Of a DNA stretch of 64,000 nucleotides, positions 1 to 8,436 are shown piece by piece (position 1 is the first letter of the stretch; each line of letters starts with the position of its first letter). Position numbers and translations under genes: made by a program. The DNA lies in the sequence record DRR723986_6657; one strand, written 5' to 3'. The notes beneath the pieces are model-generated. The model was not told the DNA's origin and made no database searches. It saw only the letters and a program-made list of their open reading frames with translations.

Positions 1-1
1 G

Positions 2-763
2 GCCGATGGCGGCACGCTGTTCCTGGACGAAGTCGGCGAACTGCCGCTTGACGCGCAGGTGAAACTGCTGCGTGCGCTGCAGGAAGGCGAAGTCGATGCC
101 GTCGGCTCACGCCGCCCCACAAAGGTCGATGTGCGGATCATCTCCGCCACCAACCGCGACCTGTCCCAGCAAGTGGCCGAGGGCACGTTCCGCGAAGACC
201 TGTTCTACCGCCTCAATGTGTTCCCGATCGACATGCCGAGCCTGCGCGAACGCCGCGACGACATTCCGGCGCTGGTCGATCACTTCATCGCCCGCTTCAA
301 TGCGAGCGAGGGCACGAAAGTGTCCGGCGTTTCCGACGACACGATGAAGATGCTTTATGCCTTCGACTGGCCGGGTAACGTCCGTCAGCTGGAGAACGCT
401 GTCTTCCGCGCCGTGGTCCTCTGCGATGGCGACAAGCTGCGTCCGCAGGATTTCCCGCAGATTTCCGGCCAGATGCCGGACATCGCCAGCTTGCCGGCGG
501 CCCCGGCCGCAACTTCAGCCGAAGCGGCCGTTCCGGCTGCCGCCGGTGTGGCAGCTGTTGGTGAAGGCCCGGTCTCCATCATGGATTCCGATGGCGAAAT
601 GCGCGCCCTGCAGGATATCGAACGCGACATCCTGCAGTACGCCATCGACTATTATCAGGGCCATATGAGCGAAGTGTCCCGCCGTCTCGGCATCGGCCGC
701 TCGACGCTTTATCGCAAGGTGCGCGAGTACGATCTCGACATGCATGAGCGCGAAGCCAGCTGA
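2..763 (+). CDS. Sigma54-dependent transcriptional activator (NtrC family, TacA-like), 5'-truncated by the window edge
   Basis: The frame is open from base 2 ([29 protein letters not shown], Walker B). It has the [18 protein letters not shown] and [10 protein letters not shown] motifs and a C-terminal Fis HTH ([11 protein letters not shown]). Confidence 0.93.
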   Translation, partial: ADGGTLFLDEVGELPLDAQVKLLRALQEGEVDAVGSRRPTKVDVRIISATNRDLSQQVAEGTFREDLFYRLNVFPIDMPSLRERRDDIPALVDHFIARFNASEGTKVSGVSDDTMKMLYAFDWPGNVRQLENAVFRAVVLCDGDKLRPQDFPQISGQMPDIASLPAAPAATSAEAAVPAAAGVAAVGEGPVSIMDSDGEMRALQDIERDILQYAIDYYQGHMSEVSRRLGIGRSTLYRKVREYDLDMHEREAS

Positions 764-790
764 TCATCCTTTGACCCGTTTGAGGCTGCC

Positions 791-1768
791 TCAGCCCTGG
801 GGCGGTCTCGACAGGTCGAATGACATGGCCACATCGCAGCGGGCATAGCGTTTGCCATAGCGTTCCATGATGTCCGCATCATGCACGAAGCCGGCTTTCT
901 CATAGAGATGAATCGCAGCCGCGCATTTCCTGTTGGTCAGCAGGAACAGAGTGCCGATGGGCAGTTGCCGGGCACGCTCGATTGTCCGTTGCAGGAGGAA
1001 GTCTCCGGCCTTCAGGCCGCGCGCGCTGGCGCGGACCCCCATCTTGGTCAGTTCGAACGTATCGCCTTCCACCGGCATCAGGGCACAGGTGCCTATGATG
1101 CCCAGTCCCGCCGCTTCGATGAACAGGATATCGCCGCCCCGGTCGATGATCATCTCGCGCGGATGCTCGATGATCTCGATATCTTTTTCCTCCAGCGTGA
1201 ACATGTCTTCCACCCATTCGCGGGTGATGGCGTCAAAGTCGGGGGCGAGGCGGTCATCATAGTTGACCAGCCTGAGCGCCGGGCCCGCACCTTCGTCCAG
1301 TATACGGTCGTGCAGCGAGCGTTCCTGCAGCGCCGCTTCGACCCGGCCGATCTGGGTCAGGAAGTCCGCATCGGGGCCTTCGCAGAGGCGCTGGGCCGCG
1401 CGGCGCACCTGGGGCCAGAGATCGCGCTTCAGCGCGTTGACCAGGGTTTCGCCCTCTGGCGTCAGGCGGATCTGCTTCTGCCGGCTGTCGCCTTCGACGG
1501 GCGAGACCGTGGTGAGCCCCATTTTCTGCAAGGCGTTGTGGATCCGGGTGACGGCAGGCTGGCTGATACCGACGGCTTCCACCGCTTCGCTCACACTGAG
1601 CGGGCCATAGGTGGCGAGTGCTGCTAACAGCGGGAAATGCGTGCCCTGAATGGGCAGGCCCTGGTCGGCGAACACTTTCGTTGCGTCGGCCTGCATCCGT
1701 TCTGCCAGCCGTTTCAGCCGGCTGCCGAGCGCCAGCGGCCCCATTTCAGCCAGAATGTCTCGTGTCAT
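791..1768 (-). CDS. MarR-family HTH / GNAT acetyltransferase fusion
   Basis: N-terminal winged HTH (ISQPAVTR...DSRQKQIRLTPEG) and a C-terminal GNAT domain (FELTKMGV..ARGLKAG, AAIHLYEKAGF). Confidence 0.88.
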   Translation of the reverse strand: MTRDILAEMGPLALGSRLKRLAERMQADATKVFADQGLPIQGTHFPLLAALATYGPLSVSEAVEAVGISQPAVTRIHNALQKMGLTTVSPVEGDSRQKQIRLTPEGETLVNALKRDLWPQVRRAAQRLCEGPDADFLTQIGRVEAALQERSLHDRILDEGAGPALRLVNYDDRLAPDFDAITREWVEDMFTLEEKDIEIIEHPREMIIDRGGDILFIEAAGLGIIGTCALMPVEGDTFELTKMGVRASARGLKAGDFLLQRTIERARQLPIGTLFLLTNRKCAAAIHLYEKAGFVHDADIMERYGKRYARCDVAMSFDLSRPPQG

Positions 1769-1791
1769 GCCCGGTCTCCTGATTCACAGCA

Positions 1792-1809
1792 TATATAACC
1801 TGTTATATA
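1792..1809. promoter_or_regulatory. Perfect inverted repeat TATATAAC-CT-GTTATATA, probable MarR autoregulatory operator
   Basis: AT-rich palindrome about 24 bp upstream of the MarR-GNAT start. A minus-strand TTGACA lies at 1818-1823. Confidence 0.65.
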
Positions 1810-1848
1810 ATTGGGGTTGTCAACCCGTTTTTGGTGGACTGGCCGCGC

Positions 1849-3051
1849 TCAGGCGTCTTCGTCGATCGAGCTGGCCACTGTGGCGGGCGTCGGCCGCGTG
1901 ACGGCCGCGACAGCGAGGCCCGCGCCTGCGGCCAGGACCATCAGCCAGTAGATGTGTGTCTGCGCGCTCGCGCCGCCGGGGGCCAGGGCATCATAGGCAA
2001 GGCCGGACAGGAAAGTGGACAACGCCAGGATCGGCCCGAACACTAGCGCGCCATTCACGGCATAGGCCAGCGGCAGGCGCTCATCCGGCAAGGCCTGTTG
2101 AAGGAACCGCATTGTCGCCAGGTGCGTCAGCGCGAATGAGGCTGCGTGCAGCGTCTGGAAAAGGGCTGCGGCCATGACCGGCAGGACGAACCCCGCCGCG
2201 GTCCAGCGGATCATGGCGCCGAGCCCGCCCAGCCACAGCAGGCCAACCGCGCTGAAGCCGCGGAGGAGCCGCCCGGAGAGCAGCAGGAGCGCGATCTCTG
2301 TCACCACGCCCACCGCCCAAAGCACGCCGATGCTGGAGCCGGAAATGCCCTGCGACACCCAGATCACGGACGAGAAAGCGTAATAGACGCCATGGCTCGC
2401 CTGAATCAGTGCTGCGGCCAGGATGAAGGCGAAGAGCGCGGGCAGACGGTAAAGCGAGAAGCCCTCCGCAAATGTGCTGAGTATGGTGCGCTTCGGCAGA
2501 ACCTTCCGCGCGCCCTCCCGTGTGAACAGCGGCGCGATTGTCGCCAACAGGGCCGCGATGATGAGATAGGTGAGAATGCCGTCCGGTCCGAAGGCCGACA
2601 GGACGGCGCCGCCCGCCAGGTTGGAAACAACGAAAGCGAGAGAGGCGATGGCGCGGCCCTGCCCGTAATCCGGCCGGGCATTCCGTGTGCCGTAGATCAG
2701 CACCGCTTCGAACAGCGGCCCGGACACATTGGTTGCGCTGTAGATCGCGACGCAGACGAGAAAGGCAGCGGCCTGCGGCACGTCCGGGAAGAGCAGCGCG
2801 TATCCGGCGAGGCAGACGGCCATTGTGCCCGCCAGTGTGGCGCGAAGCCCGTGCGACTGGGCCCGGCCCGCGGCAAGCGGCCCAGCGAAGATGCGGATCA
2901 GCGCGGCGAGCGTGCCTGCCCCGGCGATTTCCGCGCCCGACATGCCGCCGGCCTTCTCCATCCAGACCGGCAGATAAGGCAGGTTCGCCCCGAGCACGAG
3001 GTTGACCGCACCAGCCGAAAGCGAGGCAAGCCAGGCATCGTTCAGGCGCAT
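1849..3051 (-). CDS. MFS transporter (HcaT/MFS_1-like)
   Basis: 400 aa with about 12 hydrophobic segments and the motifs YLPVWM, DYGQGRAIASLAF, QASHGVYYAFSS and QTLHAASFAL. Confidence 0.85.
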   Translation of the reverse strand: MRLNDAWLASLSAGAVNLVLGANLPYLPVWMEKAGGMSGAEIAGAGTLAALIRIFAGPLAAGRAQSHGLRATLAGTMAVCLAGYALLFPDVPQAAAFLVCVAIYSATNVSGPLFEAVLIYGTRNARPDYGQGRAIASLAFVVSNLAGGAVLSAFGPDGILTYLIIAALLATIAPLFTREGARKVLPKRTILSTFAEGFSLYRLPALFAFILAAALIQASHGVYYAFSSVIWVSQGISGSSIGVLWAVGVVTEIALLLLSGRLLRGFSAVGLLWLGGLGAMIRWTAAGFVLPVMAAALFQTLHAASFALTHLATMRFLQQALPDERLPLAYAVNGALVFGPILALSTFLSGLAYDALAPGGASAQTHIYWLMVLAAGAGLAVAAVTRPTPATVASSIDEDA

Positions 3052-3191
3052 GCGTCAGGCCTGCTGGAAAGGAACGGGCCGGTTTGCATCTGGGGTCCGT
3101 AAGTTGTGTTGAGAACGGAATCCGCACTAGCCCGGTTATGGCGGCCGGGATAGCGGAAATTGACCGTGTCCGGAAAAATCCTCAGCGGGTC

Positions 3192-4100
3192 TCAAACACC
3201 GGTGGCGGTCAGCTGTTCCTTGATGACTTCGCCCACTTTCCTCGCGTCGGCTTCCCGCGGGCTGCCGGCCCGCCAGGCGATGCCGATCCGGCGGCCGACG
3301 ACCGGGCGCACAAACTCGCGCACGGCTACATCGCTGCCGACATTCAGCCCGTGATCCACCGCCAGCCTGGGCAGGAGCGAGACGCCAAGCCCGCCGGCGA
3401 TCATGTTGACCAGTGTGCCGAGCGAGGTCGCGGCCACCTGGTCCTTCCGGGCACCTGTCCGCATGCGGCAGATGGAGAGGGCATGGTCGCGCAGGCAGTG
3501 GCCGTCTTCCAGCAGCAGCAGATTCTCGTCCGCCAGGTCTTCCGGGGCGAGCCCGTTCTTCTTCGCCAACGGGTGATTGGCCGGGGCGGCAAACAGGAAC
3601 TCGTCGTCCATCAGCGTCATGGTCTCGATGCCGGGCGTGTCCCAGGGAAGCGCGATCAGGGCGGCGTCCAGCGTCCGGGTGCGCAGCTGGTCGATCAGGC
3701 GTCCGGTCTTGTCCTCATGCAGGTAGAGTTTCAGGTCCGGATAGGCCGTGTTCAGGGCCCGCACGGTCTGCGGCAGCACGAAAGGAGCGATGGTGGGGAT
3801 GGCGCCGAGGTGGAAGGGGCCCGTCAGCAAGGCGCCGGCGCTCTGTACCGCCTGCACGAGCGCATGAGCATCGTTGAGCAGGGCCGCGGCACGGGCGAGG
3901 GCGATCTCGCCGGCATGGGTGAGGCTGGCGCCGCGGGCCTCGCGCTCGGCCAGCTTGACGCCCAGCAGGTCCTCCAGCTCGCGGATCCCGGCAGACAGCG
4001 TCGGCTGGGTGACGTGGCAGGCTTCGGCTGCGCGGGAAAAGGATCCCGTTTCGCCGAGCGCGACCAGGAACTGCAACTGGCGGAGTGTTGGGATAATCAT
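3192..4100 (-). CDS. oxyR: Hydrogen peroxide-inducible LysR regulator OxyR
   Basis: LysR HTH (SFSRAAEACHVTQPTLS), IPTIAPFVLP, and LEDGHCLRDHALSIC carrying the C-x8-C redox pair. Confidence 0.88.
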   Translation of the reverse strand: MIIPTLRQLQFLVALGETGSFSRAAEACHVTQPTLSAGIRELEDLLGVKLAEREARGASLTHAGEIALARAAALLNDAHALVQAVQSAGALLTGPFHLGAIPTIAPFVLPQTVRALNTAYPDLKLYLHEDKTGRLIDQLRTRTLDAALIALPWDTPGIETMTLMDDEFLFAAPANHPLAKKNGLAPEDLADENLLLLEDGHCLRDHALSICRMRTGARKDQVAATSLGTLVNMIAGGLGVSLLPRLAVDHGLNVGSDVAVREFVRPVVGRRIGIAWRAGSPREADARKVGEVIKEQLTATGV

Positions 4101-4113
4101 AGGTTCGATCTAT
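4099..4113. promoter_or_regulatory. OxyR/LysR box ATAG-N7-CTAT overlapping the oxyR start
   Basis: Sequence ATAGgttcgatCTAT. Confidence 0.6.
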
Positions 4114-4324
4114 GGCCTATCGGCAATCCATCAAAATTTCTTTTTGTCGCAGGCAAAAATTCCCAAAAGCCTGAAAATCAAAAATATGCAGTAAAAACAA
4201 ATTGTTGACTTGTTTTTTTCGCTGGGTGGCGGTTCAGAAAATCACCCCTGGGTGACTTTGAGAAGAAAAAACTTCAGCCGAGGCGAGAAAAATTGGAACC
4301 ATTTGGCGCCGCCAGACATATGCC

Positions 4325-4540
4325 TCATGAACCGTTCGGGACGGGACATCTCAACTCCCCACCCAAGACCCTCCTTTCGAACGGCGAAAATGGCCCGGCA
4401 AGCCGGAACAAAGCGTCCGCCACCCATCAGGGCGCTCGGCACCGTCCCCCTCCCAGGCCAGATGGCTTGTCGGGCCTAATTTCCTCACTCTCCGGACTTC
4501 GACATGAACATAACGGACCTTGAGCTGTCCGTATGTGATT
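4325..4540 (+). ncRNA. Candidate multi-hairpin small RNA with C-rich (anti-SD) loops
   Basis: Hairpin 4332-4384 (loop CTCCCCACCC), hairpin 4434-4475 (loop CCCCTCCC) and a third stem at about 4509-4535. There is an upstream GGAAC at 4295 and no credible ORF. Ends are approximate. Confidence 0.45.
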
Positions 4541-4669
4541 GCGGCGCGTCTCAAGAAAACCACCTGATTGCTTCGGCGGCGCACAAGTCGAATCCCAGTG
4601 CCTGGTAAGTGAAACCAAGTTTCCGCGAGATGATTTGTGGATGGCTGCGCAAACCGCAGGCTTCAAATG

Positions 4670-4706
4670 TTAAAAACTCAGTAACTTTTAATCTGGCTGT
4701 GGATAA
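4670..4706. promoter_or_regulatory. CtrA-like site and perfect DnaA box upstream of mraZ
   Basis: TTAA-aaactca-GTAAC at 4670-4685; TGTGGATAA (reverse complement of TTATCCACA) at 4698-4706. Confidence 0.5.
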
Positions 4707-4853
4707 CCGAGTCTGTTTCGGCATCGAGCTGATTCAAAAAGGAAATTCGGTTCCTGCCCATACCGGCCCACCTGTTTGTTCCGGTTTGTTCATGGTTCAA
4801 TCTCTTGGTGTTCCCATGCGGGGCTGTTGTGGATATTTCGATTCACGTGTCTT

Positions 4854-4879
4854 GCCCATTGAGGCCCATGTCTGCCCAT
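4854..4879. repeat. Three GCCCAT direct repeats at exact 10-bp period, probable MraZ operator
   Basis: GCCCAT at 4854, 4864 and 4874 (TGGGN repeats with 5-nt spacers on the minus strand), directly upstream of mraZ. Confidence 0.7.
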
Positions 4880-4944
4880 GATACTCCAAATTAAGACATG
4901 GTTTACCCATGCGGGGTTTAGGCAAACGAAGATCGGGCTGGCGG

Positions 4945-5460
4945 GTGTTTGTATCCACCTATGAAAGTGCAATTGACGCAAAAGGGCGGGTGTCCATCCC
5001 GGCTCCCTTTCGTGCTGCGCTTGGCGGTGGGAACCGGATATTCCTGTGGCCTGCGCTCGACGGATCCGGCTGCCTGGAAGGTGGCGGCGAAGCCCTGATG
5101 GCCATGTACCGCGCCACGCTGACCCGCCTTCCCCCGCAATCCCCGGTCCGCAAGGCGCTCGTGTCGTCGATCATCGCCGGCTCGGCCGATCTGAAGATGG
5201 ACGATACCGGCCGCATCAAGCTGACTGATGAGCTGATCGCGGCAGCCGGTCTCGACGGTCGCGTGAAGTTCGCCGGCAACATCGACAGCTTCCAGATCTG
5301 GAACCCCGAAAAGCATGCCGCATTTACCACGGCCATGTCCGAAACCGCTGCGAAACCGGAGACGCTCGAGGCGCTCGGCCAGGCCTATAATGAGGTGCTG
5401 CGCCAGCACGAAATGGGCCTCTACCCCGACCTGAAACTCGTTGAGGGAGGGGATGGATGA
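4945..5460 (+). CDS. mraZ: Division/cell-wall cluster regulator MraZ
   Basis: GTG start giving MFVSTYESAIDAKGRVSIPAPFR. Two DxxGR repeats; first gene of the dcw cluster. Confidence 0.93.
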   Translation: MFVSTYESAIDAKGRVSIPAPFRAALGGGNRIFLWPALDGSGCLEGGGEALMAMYRATLTRLPPQSPVRKALVSSIIAGSADLKMDDTGRIKLTDELIAAAGLDGRVKFAGNIDSFQIWNPEKHAAFTTAMSETAAKPETLEALGQAYNEVLRQHEMGLYPDLKLVEGGDG

Positions 5461-6485
5461 TGACCGCCAAACCCCGGCCTGACGGCGCAGCTTTCGGGCA
5501 CAAGCCCGTCATGCTGGACGAAGTCCTGGCTGCCCTCGACCTCAAGGATGGCGACCGCGTCGTCGATGGCACATTCGGCGGTGGCGGCTATACGCGTGCC
5601 ATCCTGACGGCGGCGAAGTGCTCCGTCTTTGCAATCGACCGCGACCTCGACGCCATCATGCGGGCCGAGGCCCTCGCTGCGCAGACCGACCGCATCACCC
5701 CGCTGCTGGGCCGGTTTGGCGAAATGGATGCGCTGGTCGAGGCGACCGGATGCGATCAGGTCGATGCCGTTGTGCTGGATATCGGCGTGTCCAGCTTCCA
5801 GATCGATGAGGGCCATCGCGGCTTCTCCTTCAACAAGGACGGCCCGCTGGACATGCGCATGGGGGCAGCAGGCCCCACCGCGGCGGATGTCGTGAACCAC
5901 ATGGCAGAAGGCGATCTTGCCAATGTCATCTTCCGCCTTGGCGAAGAGAAGCAGGCGCGCCGGATTGCCCGCCAGATCGTTCAGCGCCGCAAGGAACAAT
6001 TGTTCGAGACCACGCTGGACCTCGCCAACACCGTCGAGACTGCTGTGGGCGGCCGCAAAGGCAGCCGGATTCACCCCGCGACGCTGACCTTCCAGGCAAT
6101 CCGCATGTATGTGAACGACGAGCTGGGCGAACTGGCCCGGGCGCTGGTGGCGGCCGAACGGCTGCTGAAGCCCGGCGGACGTCTGGTGATCGTCACCTTC
6201 CATTCGCTGGAAGACCGCATGGTGAAGCAATGGCTGCGCGACCGGTCCGGCAAGAATACTGGCGGGTCCCGCCACATGCCATTGATGGCCAAAGGTCCGG
6301 AACCGACCTTCGAACTGCGCCCAAACAAGGCGATCCTGCCCCAGGATAAGGAAGTGGAAGGCAATCCACGTGCACGATCTGCAAAATTGCGGGCGGCGAT
6401 CCGGACCGAAGCGCCTGCAATCGACGAAGAAGCGGATGACGGCATGAGCCTGCCCCCGCTTTCGCAACTGGAGGACGTGTCATGA
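5457..6485 (+). CDS. rsmH: 16S rRNA m4C1402 methyltransferase RsmH
   Basis: HKPVML, DGTFGGGGY, DIGVSSFQ, GPLDMRM, FHSLEDR, NPRARSAKLR. Confidence 0.97.
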   Translation: MMTAKPRPDGAAFGHKPVMLDEVLAALDLKDGDRVVDGTFGGGGYTRAILTAAKCSVFAIDRDLDAIMRAEALAAQTDRITPLLGRFGEMDALVEATGCDQVDAVVLDIGVSSFQIDEGHRGFSFNKDGPLDMRMGAAGPTAADVVNHMAEGDLANVIFRLGEEKQARRIARQIVQRRKEQLFETTLDLANTVETAVGGRKGSRIHPATLTFQAIRMYVNDELGELARALVAAERLLKPGGRLVIVTFHSLEDRMVKQWLRDRSGKNTGGSRHMPLMAKGPEPTFELRPNKAILPQDKEVEGNPRARSAKLRAAIRTEAPAIDEEADDGMSLPPLSQLEDVS

Positions 6486-6817
6486 GCCGCCGCGCATTCA
6501 TTCTGGGTCTCGTCATCGTCGGATTGCTGGTGTTCAGCCTCTACCGGGCGAAATACGGCGCCAAGGACACGGCGTCTGAGCTGATGGCCGTGGAGGCCCA
6601 GATCGAGGACGCCCGCCACGAAAAGGCGCTGCTGGAGACCGAGCTCTCCCATATGAGCCGCCGCGAGTGGATCGAGGAATATGCCCGCAACGAGCTGGGC
6701 ATGGCGCCGCCGCGCCCGGAGCAGATGGCCAATGAGCGCGATCTGGATGCGCTGGTCGGTCTTCCGGTCGATCCCGCAAAGGATGCGGATGCCGCTTCTG
6801 TGGAGGCGCCTGAATGA
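6482..6817 (+). CDS. ftsL: Cell division protein FtsL
   Basis: Single TM segment plus coiled coil, located between rsmH and ftsI with 4-bp overlaps. Confidence 0.8.
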   Translation: MSRRAFILGLVIVGLLVFSLYRAKYGAKDTASELMAVEAQIEDARHEKALLETELSHMSRREWIEEYARNELGMAPPRPEQMANERDLDALVGLPVDPAKDADAASVEAPE

Positions 6818-8436
6818 CGGAAGCGTCGCGCCACCGGACACGGCTGGTCGGTCTCGGCCTCAGCGCGTTGTTTGTGGTGCTGGCCGGCAAGGCCGGCTAC
6901 CTGGCGCTGGCGCCTGACCGCGATTCCGGCACGCTGGCCATGCGGGTCGGTGAACAGGTCAAACGCGCCGACATAGTCGACCGGAACGGAGAGCAGCTCG
7001 CGACGTCCGTGACCGTCTACTCGCTGGTTGCCAATCCGCAGCTGATCTGGGATCCGCGCGAAGTGGCAACCCGCATCGCCGGTGTCCTGCCCGACATCGA
7101 TGTCGACAGCCTGACGAGCCGACTGTCCGACCAGTCGCGGGAGTTTGTCTGGGTGAAGCGCGGCCTGACCCCGCGCCAGCGCCAGACCGTGTTCGACCTC
7201 GGCCTTGAGGGCCTCTGGTTCAAGGAAGAGATCAGCCGTGCCTATCCGCGCGGAACGCTGGCCGGCCAGGTGCTGGGCTTCGTGAACGTTGACGGCGTTG
7301 GTGCCGGCGGGGTCGAGTTCAGCCAGAATGACCGTCTCACGGCCGGCGGGGAACCGCTGCGCCTGACCATAGACAATGGCGTGCAGGCGGCGGTCGAGGC
7401 AGAGCTTGCCGCTTCGGCGGCGGCCGACGGGTTTGAGGGTGCCGCAGTCATCCTGATGGAAGCGCGCACCGGTGAGGTCCGCGCCATGGCCAGCTGGCCG
7501 CCTTTCAATCCGAACCGCTCGTCCGACATTGCCATCGACGATCCGTCCCGCATGAACCGGGCAACCGGCGCGCTTTATGAGCTGGGCTCTGTCTTCAAGC
7601 CGCTGACCGTGGCGGCGGCCCTCGAAGCCGGGGCGATCCGTCCGACCGACATGTTCGATGTCCACGATCCGATCGAGATGCGCGGCTACACGATTTCGGA
7701 CCTGCATCCCATCGGTACACGCGCAAATGTCACGACGATCATCGCCGAAAGCTCGAATATCGGCACCGTGCACATCAACCAGAAACTTGGTCCGCGCCGC
7801 CAGCAGGATTTCCTGAAAACCGCTGGCCTGCTGGATCGCTCGCCCGTCGAACTTGCTGGCAGCGCCGCGCCGATCCTGCCCGAGCACATGGACGACCTGA
7901 CCGCGGCGACGATGGCCTATGGCCACGGTATCGCCGTGACGCCGATGGCATTCCTGTCGGCCTTCGCCGCCTTCGCCAATGGCGGGGAGCGGGTGGCGCC
8001 GACCCTGATCTTCGATGAGACCCGCAAGCCGAAACCGGTGCGCGTGATGTCGGCCATCACGGCAGACCTCGTGAACGCGATGATGCGCGAAGCGGTGCTG
8101 ACCGGAACGGGCAAGAATGCCGAAGTGGCAGGCTACCGCGTGGCAGGGAAGACCGGCACGGCGGAGAAGCCTGTGCCGGGCGGCTATGATGACGGGCGTA
8201 ATATCTCCAGCTTTGCGGCGATATTTCCCTATGACAGCCCGCAGTATGCCATGATTGTGACACTGGATGATCCCAAAGCCGGACCGGGAGGCTCTGTGGC
8301 TTCCCAGAATGCGGCGCCGACCGCAGGTCGCATCATAGAACGTGTCGCGCCGCTGCTCGGCATCGCCCCACGCTTTGAAGATTTCCGTCCTGCAGGAGAC
8401 GCGTACCGCTCCGGAGATGAGAGGACTTCGCTGTGA
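6814..8436 (+). CDS. ftsI: Penicillin-binding protein 3 (FtsI)
   Basis: RADIVDRNG, GSVFK (SxxK), SSN (SxN), KTGTA. Confidence 0.93.
   Translation: MTEASRHRTRLVGLGLSALFVVLAGKAGYLALAPDRDSGTLAMRVGEQVKRADIVDRNGEQLATSVTVYSLVANPQLIWDPREVATRIAGVLPDIDVDSLTSRLSDQSREFVWVKRGLTPRQRQTVFDLGLEGLWFKEEISRAYPRGTLAGQVLGFVNVDGVGAGGVEFSQNDRLTAGGEPLRLTIDNGVQAAVEAELAASAAADGFEGAAVILMEARTGEVRAMASWPPFNPNRSSDIAIDDPSRMNRATGALYELGSVFKPLTVAAALEAGAIRPTDMFDVHDPIEMRGYTISDLHPIGTRANVTTIIAESSNIGTVHINQKLGPRRQQDFLKTAGLLDRSPVELAGSAAPILPEHMDDLTAATMAYGHGIAVTPMAFLSAFAAFANGGERVAPTLIFDETRKPKPVRVMSAITADLVNAMMREAVLTGTGKNAEVAGYRVAGKTGTAEKPVPGGYDDGRNISSFAAIFPYDSPQYAMIVTLDDPKAGPGGSVASQNAAPTAGRIIERVAPLLGIAPRFEDFRPAGDAYRSGDERTSL

Noticed and set aside
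4620-4850. Chromosomal replication origin
   Set aside because: Only one perfect DnaA box, no clear DUE and no hemE/dnaA/parAB context; better explained as a regulated promoter.
4100-4944. RNase P RNA (rnpB), often found near mraZ in Alphaproteobacteria
   Set aside because: The universal GAGGAAAGTCC and CAGAACCCGGCTTA signatures were not found on either strand.
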